IMG/VR virus record: IMGVR_UViG_3300030002_000003
Span: 1 to 64,000 of that record
Origin: a virus
Length of the DNA: 64,000 nt
Reading direction: 5' to 3' (one strand)
The notes below the pieces were generated by a model. That model was not told where the DNA came from, searched no databases, and saw nothing but the letters and a program-made list of their open reading frames with translations. Below are positions 9,418 through 19,072 of this stretch, piece by piece; the first letter of the stretch is position 1, and each line of letters opens with the position of its first letter. Made by a program: the position numbers and the translations under genes.

Positions 9418-9887
9418 CCAAATTTATAGAATTAATAGAGAAAGTATACCCATCTAAGAGTCAATCTAAACCAATGTCTGAAATATTCGAAGTTCTAGAC
9501 GATCACCTAGAAGCTATATGCATTAAAGACTTTACTACATATTCTGATGTTATAGAAGAGATGTGTATTATAGTGCATGGTCCATACTTCAATGTAGATA
9601 CTGCCACAAAAGCAGTCGCTGCGATGAAGAACGAAGATGGTACATTTGGACAAAAAGTTTCAATGGATGAAAGCAATATAGCTGCATCTGAACTTGGGAT
9701 CACATTTGATAAATTCACGGTATACGATTGGTACTATGTAATGAATATGATATATTCTGACTTTTGCGTAGTACTTGGACCTGATAATAAAGAAGTATAT
9801 AAACAATTAGCTAAGGCTTTTATAATGGATGCAGACGCCCCAGTTGGTAAAGCATTTCTTTATTACAAAGCAATGACTGATTTGTAG
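9414..9887 (+). CDS. Conserved hypothetical phage protein (MxNEDG..G / DWYYVMNMIYSD family)
   Basis: Motifs GPYF, MKNEDGTFG, YDWYYVMNMIYSD and AF..DADAP.GK..YY; recalled as a frequent neighbour of CCC-motif genes. Confidence 0.7.
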   Translation: MTKFIELIEKVYPSKSQSKPMSEIFEVLDDHLEAICIKDFTTYSDVIEEMCIIVHGPYFNVDTATKAVAAMKNEDGTFGQKVSMDESNIAASELGITFDKFTVYDWYYVMNMIYSDFCVVLGPDNKEVYKQLAKAFIMDADAPVGKAFLYYKAMTDL

Positions 9888-9894
9888 ATCACAT

Positions 9895-9929
9895 ATATAA
9901 GGCTAGCCCCTCAATCACTAGCCTTATAT
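9895..9929. terminator. Stem-loop closing the CCC cassette
   Basis: 12-bp perfect stem ATATAAGGCTAG/CTAGCCTTATAT with an 11-nt loop. Confidence 0.5.
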
Positions 9930-10021
9930 TGTACATATAGATTAGCTTCTATTTGTATAGCAAAACATTAAAACAATTAATTGCACTTACGTTATCGTAA
10001 AGGAGAATTATACATACCCAT

Positions 10022-10774
10022 ATGGAAATATTACTAAAACATAAAAGAGTAGACCCTTGGTCCGGCGTTACTAAATATAAAAGCTGTTCTGATTATATCG
10101 CACCATCATTAACTAGATCTGGTAATCATCACACTGGCTTAACTCCAGAAGATGAATCGAGATTAGAAAAGGCGCTAGGCCTTGGAGAAAAAACACTAGC
10201 ACAATATAGTTCGTACTGGAATACATTCACTGTTAAAATTACAAACAGAGAATTAGTACTTGATACAGATCGTCCTTGGGATGAACTTCAATATCTATTC
10301 CTTAAAAATCACCACAGAGTTTCAAATGGCATTAACGATATGAAACCAAAAGCTGATTATGTACTTATAAATAAAGACTCGGAAGCACAAGAATCCAACA
10401 GACTTAACAAACGTAAGAGAGACGCTATTAAAGAATTTGACAAGATGTCATTAGAGGATATGCGTAAATGCTTACGATTATTCGGATATAAAGCAGATAC
10501 CATGTCTGCCGAATTGGTTGAGAGTAAATTATTTGAACTAGTTGAGAAAGACCCTGAAAAATTCTTCTTGAAGTGGGTTAATAACAAGACAAAAAATACT
10601 GAGTTTACAATACAGGCTGCTATAGCTAAAAATATTATGCGTAAGAATAAAAATGCATATTATTACGGTACTGAGATAATTGGCACTTCTATAGATGACG
10701 CTGTTGCGTTCTTAGATAATAAAAACAATCAAGATTTGAAGATGACTATCCTCAATGAGCTTGAAGTAAAATAA
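10022..10774 (+). CDS. Conserved crAss-like capsid-module protein
   Basis: 'TGLTPEDESRLEKALGL', 'YWNTF' and C-terminal 'YYYGTEIIG..IDDAVAFL'; the type of gene normally found just downstream of crAss MCP. Confidence 0.65.
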   Translation: MEILLKHKRVDPWSGVTKYKSCSDYIAPSLTRSGNHHTGLTPEDESRLEKALGLGEKTLAQYSSYWNTFTVKITNRELVLDTDRPWDELQYLFLKNHHRVSNGINDMKPKADYVLINKDSEAQESNRLNKRKRDAIKEFDKMSLEDMRKCLRLFGYKADTMSAELVESKLFELVEKDPEKFFLKWVNNKTKNTEFTIQAAIAKNIMRKNKNAYYYGTEIIGTSIDDAVAFLDNKNNQDLKMTILNELEVK

Positions 10775-10777
10775 TAT

Positions 10778-11731
10778 ATGACATTAAAAGAGTTACATAG
10801 AATTTGGGATATAGAGCTAGACAAACTAAACGTGTCTAGCTATCCTTCATTTCTTCCAGAAGAAAAGGATTATTGGATTAACGCCTCTACACAAAGATTC
10901 ATCAAAACTAGGTACTCTGGACTAAATTCACATAGAGCTGGATTCCAGCAAAATCAAAAAAGGAGCGACGACTTAAGAACTGTTATTAAGACAGTGGAAT
11001 ATGACGTAACTCCATTTAATTATTCGAAAACGTATTTCATGGGAGATACTGTAGTTAGTAGAGGATTTTATTATAAATGCAAAATAGATGATATCTCTGG
11101 GGATATATTTGAGTCTCAATGGGATTCTATATCTACATCAGAAAATTCTGTCTATTTTCCATACCCTTTAGACTACATGATAACTGTTGGAGAGTTTGCA
11201 AAAGTTGGTACATTTGTTGCCACCGAACTTCCCGATAATAGATTCACTCCTGACAATATATTAATCCGCAGAAGAAATGATATTACTGAGGCTACTATAG
11301 AGAACTTGGATTCTAAGTTAAATAATTCAATAGCTCCTCATTTATTTCATAATAATACTGCTAAGCCATTGAGGGCATTTACTGACGACTCTATATCATT
11401 GTATACCGACAGTAACTATTATGTATCTAAATACGGGTTGACTTACATATTTCTACCTGAGAAGATAGATACATATAAGTATCCTACATTCAACCAGAGT
11501 CTTTCTTATGTAATTGGAGATAAGGTTCTATATAATGGACAACATTATGTATGTACACAGGACAGGCCAGGTGGAGCATTTAATATGGATTACTTCGAAG
11601 AAATTAAAATTATAACAATGCCAGAACATACTTGGGATGAAATACTAGTAGGAGCTGTTCGATTAGCATTGGAAAATATCTCTGAGTCAAGGTATCAAAC
11701 CTATGCAGCAGAGTCTCAGGCAACTGAGTAA
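10778..11731 (+). CDS. Tail ring/connector protein with two CBM5/12-like insertions
   Basis: 'ELDK...FLPEEKDYWIN...FIKTRY...FQQNQKRSDDLR' and C-terminal 'MPEHTWDEILVGAV' match crAss ring proteins; two F.....Y..GD.V...G..Y.C repeats. Confidence 0.7.
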   Translation: MTLKELHRIWDIELDKLNVSSYPSFLPEEKDYWINASTQRFIKTRYSGLNSHRAGFQQNQKRSDDLRTVIKTVEYDVTPFNYSKTYFMGDTVVSRGFYYKCKIDDISGDIFESQWDSISTSENSVYFPYPLDYMITVGEFAKVGTFVATELPDNRFTPDNILIRRRNDITEATIENLDSKLNNSIAPHLFHNNTAKPLRAFTDDSISLYTDSNYYVSKYGLTYIFLPEKIDTYKYPTFNQSLSYVIGDKVLYNGQHYVCTQDRPGGAFNMDYFEEIKIITMPEHTWDEILVGAVRLALENISESRYQTYAAESQATE

Positions 11732-11837
11732 AGTTCTCAGTCTTAGTTTAACGTGGAACCCTTTAACGGTAGTAGAGCGACTAGACTATAGTTAAGCTGA
11801 GTTTTAAAGAACAATTAACTATAAAAATTAAAATATT

Positions 11838-12809
11838 ATGATGCAAAAACCAAATACCGTATTTGTCGGTAAACAAACTTACGTAACACAAAAAGCACCT
11901 GGTGCTGCCAATGCTTTAACTGTTGGTGATATTGTTGTTATCAACCCAGCAAACGGTAATGTTTGTGCAATCGCAGATCTTACTTCTGCAGTAGAATCTA
12001 TCCAATTAGGATATGTAAAGGCTGTAGGAACTTTGACTCAAGATGCTACAATAATTAAAACATCGCCAATCAGCAGAAAGAAAATTACCAGTATCACTCC
12101 AGACGGAACTTGCGCTTATGTTGCAAAAACTGAAGCTTCCTCTGTAGTTGAATTCTCTGGTGTAACTCCTACTGTTGGAAATCGTTACGTTCTTCGTATT
12201 GTATACAAAGATCTTTACGAACATCCAGGTCAATTTACTCACTCTTATGAAGTTATCGCTACTAGCGTAAATCCTGCAGTCCTGTCTGCCGCTTTTGCTG
12301 CTCGTATTAATGCTCATGTTGGAGCCAGAGTAACTGCAACAGATGATGGTACTTCTACTTTGACTATTACTGCTAAAGTAATCACAGGAATGGGAACTGA
12401 TGGCGTTAATGCTATTACTCCTTATTCTCAAGTTGCTATGGAGGTATTTGCTTATGTAACTAACCCTACTGCTGCATTTAGCTCACAAGACGCTGTTACT
12501 GGTCTAACCATTACTACCGTTCAAAGCAAACCTGGTCGTGGAAATTGGAAAATAGTTAGAGATCGTGAACGTGAAGCTCTTGGATATAAAGGTATTACTT
12601 ACCGTACTGAATTCCCAGTTATTCAACCTGACTTAAACGTTGATTCAACTAAAACTTATGATACGCTTACATTAGAGTTTTCTAAAGCATATCAAAGCCC
12701 TGACAATCAATATATAAAATCTACTGACCTAGCATCTGAGATTTATATCGTTGCTGGTAATGGAGCAGAAGCGTTGAGAGACGGAATCGCTGCATGGATG
12801 ATTGCCTAA
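11838..12809 (+). CDS. Auxiliary capsid/virion stabilisation protein
   Basis: 323 aa, beta-rich, high-expression codons; position after the ring gene and motif 'PG.G.WK.VRDRE..ALGYKG'. Confidence 0.6.
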   Translation: MMQKPNTVFVGKQTYVTQKAPGAANALTVGDIVVINPANGNVCAIADLTSAVESIQLGYVKAVGTLTQDATIIKTSPISRKKITSITPDGTCAYVAKTEASSVVEFSGVTPTVGNRYVLRIVYKDLYEHPGQFTHSYEVIATSVNPAVLSAAFAARINAHVGARVTATDDGTSTLTITAKVITGMGTDGVNAITPYSQVAMEVFAYVTNPTAAFSSQDAVTGLTITTVQSKPGRGNWKIVRDREREALGYKGITYRTEFPVIQPDLNVDSTKTYDTLTLEFSKAYQSPDNQYIKSTDLASEIYIVAGNGAEALRDGIAAWMIA

Positions 12810-12823
12810 TCAAAATAAATAAT

Positions 12824-12851
12824 GGAGGCGGCTGTAATGGTCGCCTTTTTT
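12824..12851 (+). terminator. Rho-independent terminator
   Basis: AGGCGGC/GTCGCCT stem followed by a T-tract. Confidence 0.8.
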
Positions 12852-12908
12852 ATTACCAAAAAATACGGGTTGCTACCTAAATAGCTGAATAAACTTAATA
12901 AAAAACTT

Positions 12909-14390
12909 ATGATAAATAGAGCATTTACTAAAACGTACGCAAGTACTATAGCCCCATCTCCATCAATGAATTGTCTTTGGATGGACCTATCCGCTGATCC
13001 TTATGGCTCAGTAATAAAATATTTTAATGGCAGCTCATGGGCTTCTGACGCTAGCGATACATTAGTATCTCCTAGTTTATCTGGTATACCTACTGCCCCT
13101 ACCGCTACAGTTGGTACTAATACTACTCAATTAGCCACTACCGGGTTTGTTTCTACAGCTGCTGCTTTGAAGGCCGATAAGGAAAATCCAACGTTTACTG
13201 GCGTTATATCTAGATCTGGTACAGGGACTCCTGCAGCTTTATCTGGGTTAAGTTATCAATCATGGGATACTGTATCTGGAGTATTTCAAAATAATATACA
13301 GAATTTATCTAATTCCGCTACAGCGTCAACTGACTTAGTCGCTACAGCTGATTCTGGCAATGATACTACTAATTACGTAGACTTTGGTATAAATGGATCT
13401 GGATATTCAGTTGGAACATGGACCATAAACGGGGCTCTTGATGGATATTTATATTCTCAATCAAGCAATATTGCAGTTGGTACTGCCACTTCTGGAAAGA
13501 ATTTAGTTCTATTTACTGGAGGCACTTTGGCGGCTAATGCTAGATTAACTCTTAGTGATTCAATGTCAACGTTCTCTGGGTTGGTTTCATCCCCTAATGT
13601 CATAGAAGGGTATGCAACAGTAGCTACAGCTGGAGCAACTACTACATTTGTAGCAACTAGCCCATATCAACAATACTTTACTGGTACTTTAGCGCAAACA
13701 GTTGTTATGCCAGTTGTTACTACTCTCACTAATGGTCAGCAATGGTTAATCACAAATAACTCTACAGGATTAGTAACTGTTAATACTTCTGGTGCTAATG
13801 CATTGATAGTCCTTGTTAGTGGTACTTCTGCTTCAATTACATGTATAAATACTGCTGGAGGAACTGGAGTTGCTTCGTGGAATGTACAATATTCTGGCGC
13901 AAATTCAGCCACTGGTAAAAAATTAATATCTAACAACACATTGACTTTGGCTGGTACTGATGCTACCACAATGACCTTCCCTTCTACTTCTGCTACCATA
14001 GCCAGGGCTGACGCTACTGGTAATGCTGGTGCTTTATTACACTCTGGCTCAGCTGGTATAGGTTATACTACTGGTGCTGGCGGTACAGTTACTCAATTAA
14101 CATCCAAGGCTACTGCTTTTACATTAAGCAAATTGTGTGGAACAATAATAACCGCCGCTGATGCATTAGCTTCTCAAACTACAGTTACTTCTACATGGAC
14201 CAATACTACTATAGCTGCAAATGATATAATCATAGCTACTCATATTAGTGGAGGTACTCTTGGAGCATATAATATATGTGTTGCTGCTGGCGCTGGTACA
14301 GCTACAGTCTCAATAAGAAATGTTGCTGCTGTTTCACTGTCAGAAGCTATCACTATTAGATATACAGTACTTAAAGGAGTAGTTGCTTAA
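12909..14390 (+). CDS. Head/tail fibre protein
   Basis: crAss head-fibre-like N-terminus (AP.P....W.DLS.DPYG.VIKYFNG..W), fibre repeat SPSLSGIPTAPTA..GTNTTQLATTGFV, and a T/S/G/A-rich beta body. Confidence 0.7.
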   Translation: MINRAFTKTYASTIAPSPSMNCLWMDLSADPYGSVIKYFNGSSWASDASDTLVSPSLSGIPTAPTATVGTNTTQLATTGFVSTAAALKADKENPTFTGVISRSGTGTPAALSGLSYQSWDTVSGVFQNNIQNLSNSATASTDLVATADSGNDTTNYVDFGINGSGYSVGTWTINGALDGYLYSQSSNIAVGTATSGKNLVLFTGGTLAANARLTLSDSMSTFSGLVSSPNVIEGYATVATAGATTTFVATSPYQQYFTGTLAQTVVMPVVTTLTNGQQWLITNNSTGLVTVNTSGANALIVLVSGTSASITCINTAGGTGVASWNVQYSGANSATGKKLISNNTLTLAGTDATTMTFPSTSATIARADATGNAGALLHSGSAGIGYTTGAGGTVTQLTSKATAFTLSKLCGTIITAADALASQTTVTSTWTNTTIAANDIIIATHISGGTLGAYNICVAAGAGTATVSIRNVAAVSLSEAITIRYTVLKGVVA

Positions 14391-14392
14391 TA

Positions 14393-14791
14393 TTGTTATA
14401 TATGAAAAAATACCAAGGAGAAGATATATACTTTTCATTAAACTTCAGCAATTCTAGTAATGTAAATATATCTAGCTTTGATGATTTGGAAAATGTAATA
14501 GTATACGCGTACACAGGTGAAAATGACATAGTTAAATTCTCTAGGGATCTCAAAGAAGGGTATGAGCCATTGACTTCATTCAGCTCAACTAATTTAAAAG
14601 GGGTTATTAGGAGTGAATTTACTAAACTAATGACCGGTCAGATAATGCTAGATATAATGTGCATAGCCACTTCTATAGATGGAGATAAGGCTGACAATAT
14701 TATACAAAGAGCAATGTCTGGAATATATATATTGCCAAGCATAATTAAAGATGAGGCGGTAAATGAAATACCAGTAATAATTCCGGAATAA
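14393..14791 (+). CDS. Small fibre-associated structural protein
   Basis: 132 aa, beta-rich ('YQGEDIYFSLNF'), located between two fibre genes. Confidence 0.5.
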   Translation: MLYMKKYQGEDIYFSLNFSNSSNVNISSFDDLENVIVYAYTGENDIVKFSRDLKEGYEPLTSFSSTNLKGVIRSEFTKLMTGQIMLDIMCIATSIDGDKADNIIQRAMSGIYILPSIIKDEAVNEIPVIIPE

Positions 14792-14801
14792 ATACTAATC
14801 A

Positions 14802-17597
14802 ATGACATTAGAATTCAATCAGGCAGAAGAATCTGTAATATCAATAGACAATGTTATTGGAAATATTGATTTATCATTAAGCATAGAATCACCGTCAGTT
14901 GAGGCTATTCCTGTAGATGTCGTTTTAAGCGCTTCTAATGAACTTAATATTGAAGTAGTATTAGATAACCAAGAGGTACCTTTAAGTGTCACTATAGAGC
15001 CGCAAATGGCCTTAAACGTCGATATAACTACTAATGATTCCATAGACTTTACTATAGACGTAAATACAGATATAAATAAGGGGGATAAAGGAGATCAAGG
15101 CTCTGATGGCCAGCCTGGTCCAAAAGGCGATAAGGGAGACAAAGGTGATAGAGGAGATACTGGAGCTACTGGACAAACAGGCAATACTGGCTCTACCGGT
15201 TCTATTGGACCTAAAGGAGATAAAGGCGATAAGGGAGACTTAGGCCTTACTGGCGCTAAAGGCGATAAAGGAGATCAAGGGAATCAAGGTTTTAAAGGAG
15301 ATAAGGGTGATACTGGACTTTCCGGAGACAAAGGTGATCAAGGAATGCCTGGAGCTGAAGGGCCACAAGGGATACAGGGTGCACCTGGACAAGACGGGTT
15401 AACTACCTCAGTAAATGGAGTAACTCAAATAAATGGCAACGTTACATTAACTAAAGCTGATATAGGTCTTGTTAATGTAGATAATACTAGTGATCTAAAT
15501 AAGCCAATATCTACTGCAACTCAAAGCGCATTAGATTTAAAGCTTGGTCTTAACACTCCAATAACTGCTGGATCTAATTCCAAGATAACATACGACTCTC
15601 ATGGACTCGTTGTAAGCTCATCTAAGGCTGATATAAGCGACATAAATAATTTAACTAGTGCTTTATCAAATAAACTAGAAACGTCGCTTAAAGGTGCTAT
15701 AAATGGCCTTGCCGAACTTGATTCAAGTGGATTTGTAAAGAACTCCCAATTGCCGTCATATGTAGATGATGTTTTGGAGTACTCATCAATAACCCTATTC
15801 CCAGCTACTGGAGAATCCGGTAAGATCTATATAGACACCACTACTAATCTTACATATAGATGGAGTGGCAGTATATATGCTCTTATTAGCCAATCATTGG
15901 CATTAGGAGAAACTTCTTCTACGGCGTATAGAGGAGATAGGGGAAAGACTGCATATGACCACTCTCAGATAATAACTGGAAATCCTCATAATACATCTAA
16001 GACCGATATAGGTTTATCTAATGTCCCAAATCTTTCATTTTCTGGATCTAATACTGGTGATGAGACAATTACAACTATTAAAACTAAGTTAGGTGTAACT
16101 ACGTTAAGTGGTAGTAACACTGGAGATCAAACTTTATCTGGCCTTGGCGGTCAACCACAATTAAACGGGACTGGATTTGTTAAGTCTAGTGGAACTACGG
16201 TTAGTTACGATAATTCATCATACTACTTAGCGTCAAATCCTAATAGTTATATTAGCGGAATAACTAAAGCTAATGTTGAATCAGTTCTTACTGGCTTAAT
16301 AACTACTCACACGCACAACTACCTATCTAGTTTTACTGAAACAGACCCTATATTTACTGCATGGAATAAATCTACTGGTATAAGCATTACTAAGTCGCAG
16401 GTTAGTAATTTTCCAACTAACCTAAGTCAATTTACAAATAATCTTGGTAACTATGGTGGTTGGATAACAGGTATAAATAGTGGAATGGTGACTACTGCTT
16501 TAGGCTACACCCCATGGAACACTAGTAGTCACCCTACTACAATTAGTGGATATGGAATAACAGATATACCTACTTATAGTGGAAGTAATTTCATACTAAA
16601 CCAAAATGCTTCTGCTCAATCTGCAAATATGTGGATTAGTGGGGTTGCTCGCGCTAATTCACATATTAGAACAGGAGTTGATGCAACTATGTTTCTTGGA
16701 GTTGGTGGTGATATATCGGGGGGTTATTCATCAACAGATTTTATATTGTTTAATACTGGTGGTGATGCTTATTTACTTGGTACTGGTGCTCAAGGATTAA
16801 AAATATCTGCAACGACAGGAGCAGCAACTTTTGCTTCTATTGTAAATGCTACTCAACTTCAATCAACAGTAGCAACTGGAACTTCTCCACTTACTGTAAA
16901 TTCTACTACAATAGTTAGTAACTTGAATGCAGAATATCTTGGTAATAAATCAGAATCTAGTTATTTTGTAGGAGAACTTGGAAACGCAACAGGTCAAAAT
17001 GCCAATGATTTAACAAGACATGCTGGTTATAATGTATTTGGCATGCCTTCATCATTAAACTATCCTATAGATGGTGGATATGGTTCCGTTTTAAATTTTA
17101 ATACTTACTATGGAACTCAATTATATTTTAATTACGATGGCTCTAGTATGTATTTTAGAAGTACTAGACAGGTAGTAAGTCCATGGAATAAGGTATATCA
17201 CTCAGGCAATCTAACAAATACTTTATCAACTAACTACCTTCCTAAATGGAATGGTAGTAGTATGGTAAATAGTTTGATTAGCGAAAGCGGAAGTTCTATT
17301 TCTGTAAGCGGAACCGTTACTGCCAGTAACTTTATTCTATCATCAGATAGAACCTTAAAAACCAATATTCAACCAATTATTAAAGACTATAGCAGACTTA
17401 ATTTAGTATCATTTAATTTTAAAAATAACTTAGATGAACTTAGATTTGGTACTATTGCTCAAGATTTACTTAGTAATGGATTTGATGAATTTGTAACTGG
17501 AGACAAAGAGGGTGAATACAAAGTAAAATATATTGATTTATTGGTAGCTAAAATAGCATACTTAGAAGTTGAGATAAATAAACTAAAGAATAAATAG
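14802..17597 (+). CDS. Tail fibre with collagen-like repeats and C-terminal peptidase S74 intramolecular chaperone
   Basis: 36 G-X-Y triplets; fibre motifs (GLVNVDNTSDLNKPIST, QLPSYVDDVLEY, LGETSSTAYRGDRGK); autocleavage motif SSDRTLKTNI followed by G.IAQD and a terminal coiled coil. Confidence 0.85.
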   Translation: MTLEFNQAEESVISIDNVIGNIDLSLSIESPSVEAIPVDVVLSASNELNIEVVLDNQEVPLSVTIEPQMALNVDITTNDSIDFTIDVNTDINKGDKGDQGSDGQPGPKGDKGDKGDRGDTGATGQTGNTGSTGSIGPKGDKGDKGDLGLTGAKGDKGDQGNQGFKGDKGDTGLSGDKGDQGMPGAEGPQGIQGAPGQDGLTTSVNGVTQINGNVTLTKADIGLVNVDNTSDLNKPISTATQSALDLKLGLNTPITAGSNSKITYDSHGLVVSSSKADISDINNLTSALSNKLETSLKGAINGLAELDSSGFVKNSQLPSYVDDVLEYSSITLFPATGESGKIYIDTTTNLTYRWSGSIYALISQSLALGETSSTAYRGDRGKTAYDHSQIITGNPHNTSKTDIGLSNVPNLSFSGSNTGDETITTIKTKLGVTTLSGSNTGDQTLSGLGGQPQLNGTGFVKSSGTTVSYDNSSYYLASNPNSYISGITKANVESVLTGLITTHTHNYLSSFTETDPIFTAWNKSTGISITKSQVSNFPTNLSQFTNNLGNYGGWITGINSGMVTTALGYTPWNTSSHPTTISGYGITDIPTYSGSNFILNQNASAQSANMWISGVARANSHIRTGVDATMFLGVGGDISGGYSSTDFILFNTGGDAYLLGTGAQGLKISATTGAATFASIVNATQLQSTVATGTSPLTVNSTTIVSNLNAEYLGNKSESSYFVGELGNATGQNANDLTRHAGYNVFGMPSSLNYPIDGGYGSVLNFNTYYGTQLYFNYDGSSMYFRSTRQVVSPWNKVYHSGNLTNTLSTNYLPKWNGSSMVNSLISESGSSISVSGTVTASNFILSSDRTLKTNIQPIIKDYSRLNLVSFNFKNNLDELRFGTIAQDLLSNGFDEFVTGDKEGEYKVKYIDLLVAKIAYLEVEINKLKNK
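15081..15404 (+). repeat. Collagen-like (Gly-X-Y)36 repeat
   Basis: GDKGDQGSD...GAPGQDGLT, with repeated ggagataaa/ggcgataag units in the DNA. Confidence 0.95.
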
Positions 17598-18707
17598 ATG
17601 GCTGTACCGAATACTGATTCATTTAATCAGCGCGATGTAGTAACTGAAATATATGGTGATAGCAGTGATATGACTCTAACTGAACTATTTTCTGCGGCAG
17701 TAGGCACTTTTGATTCTAGCTACGTTGGCTCAAAAAATAGCTTGTATAATTTTAGAAATTATCAACATATTATTCCTAATGGTGGATATGGTAGATTATA
17801 TAATAACTATGCAATACACGATAGCAGAAATATAGCCCCAAGCGGATGGCATGTTCCAACTGCTGCAGAACTATCAACTCTTATTTCTACAGTCGGAGGA
17901 AGTTCGGTTGCTGGTGGAAATTTAAAGGAAGTGGGAACTACTCATTGGCTTACTCCAAATACTAGTGCGACTGATTCTTATGGTTTTTCTGGAGTCGGAA
18001 GTGGATATAGATTATATAATGGAGTATTTAATTATATAAGATCGTATGGTTTATACGGAACTACTACTTATTATGGATTGGAGTTATATTACAATCTAGC
18101 TAGCATAGGATCAGGTGACGGAGGAAATGGAAATACCGGTTTATCAGTAAGACTTATTAAAGATAATTCTACTAACGACGGAATAATGACTGACAATAGT
18201 GGATATACATATAAAACTGTAAAGATTGGCAGTCAAGTGTGGATGGCATCGAATTTAAGAGGAACCAAATATAGAAACGGTAATGATATACCAGTAGTAA
18301 CAGACAATTCGACCTGGGCTAGTCTTAGCACTGGAGCTTGCTGCAGTTATAGCAATAACGATGCATGGGCTTATGCTGATAATTATGTGATCAATGATAC
18401 ATATGTCGAAATATATGTTGATACTACGTATGATGGAACCAATTGGAAAATGTATGCATATTCTGTATATGCTGGATCTCCTAGTGCTGTTACCGTAAAC
18501 ACTAATGTCACTATAACATTTAACTACAGCTACTATGATGCTTCCGCAGGAAGGTCATTTAATGTTTCTGGAGCTAATTTGATAATAGCATCTGGACAGT
18601 CTCAGTCATCAAGTACTATCATAGGAGGATACTTTACTGCTTTAGCATTACTTTCAGTAAGCCCTACAAACAATGGAACGTACCACTATACAAAAGGTGG
18701 ATTATAA
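17598..18707 (+). CDS. Fibre-tip/receptor-binding candidate with circularly permuted Fib_succ_major (FISUMP) domain
   Basis: YGRLYN, APSGWHVPT, GFSG...G.R, SVRLIKD and then YKTVKIGSQVWMASNL; starts immediately after the fibre stop codon. Confidence 0.75.
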   Translation: MAVPNTDSFNQRDVVTEIYGDSSDMTLTELFSAAVGTFDSSYVGSKNSLYNFRNYQHIIPNGGYGRLYNNYAIHDSRNIAPSGWHVPTAAELSTLISTVGGSSVAGGNLKEVGTTHWLTPNTSATDSYGFSGVGSGYRLYNGVFNYIRSYGLYGTTTYYGLELYYNLASIGSGDGGNGNTGLSVRLIKDNSTNDGIMTDNSGYTYKTVKIGSQVWMASNLRGTKYRNGNDIPVVTDNSTWASLSTGACCSYSNNDAWAYADNYVINDTYVEIYVDTTYDGTNWKMYAYSVYAGSPSAVTVNTNVTITFNYSYYDASAGRSFNVSGANLIIASGQSQSSSTIIGGYFTALALLSVSPTNNGTYHYTKGGL

Positions 18708-18725
18708 AAAAATAAATAAATAATT

Positions 18726-19067
18726 ATGGCACTACAGCAATCAATAGATTTTAAGAACGGGGTGGTATCCAAAAGTGCATACCTAGAAGTAACTAGCATA
18801 AACTTAGACTTTGAAAGAAAATCAGCTAATTTCACTTTAAAGACTTATCTAAATAAAGAGTCTAAAGAAGCAGGATTAAACACAATAATCCAACCTGAAA
18901 ATATATATGTATCTGATGATATTATGTTGCCTACCACTGGAATTGTAGAGAGTACATCTAATAAAGATAGCTTCACTAAATATTTTAGCACTGGAGATTC
19001 ATTGTCAAATGCATACTCTTATATAAAAACACTCCCTAATCACTTAGACGCAATAGAAATAAAATAA
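18726..19067 (+). CDS. Hypothetical protein (fibre assembly-associated?)
   Basis: 113 aa ending '..AYSYIKTLP', a type commonly found after fibre genes. Confidence 0.55.
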   Translation: MALQQSIDFKNGVVSKSAYLEVTSINLDFERKSANFTLKTYLNKESKEAGLNTIIQPENIYVSDDIMLPTTGIVESTSNKDSFTKYFSTGDSLSNAYSYIKTLPNHLDAIEIK

Positions 19068-19072
19068 ATCAC

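Noticed and set aside
15081-15404. CRISPR-like or tandem DNA repeat array
   Set aside because: The repeats are in-frame collagen G-X-Y codons with synonymous variation and no spacer structure.
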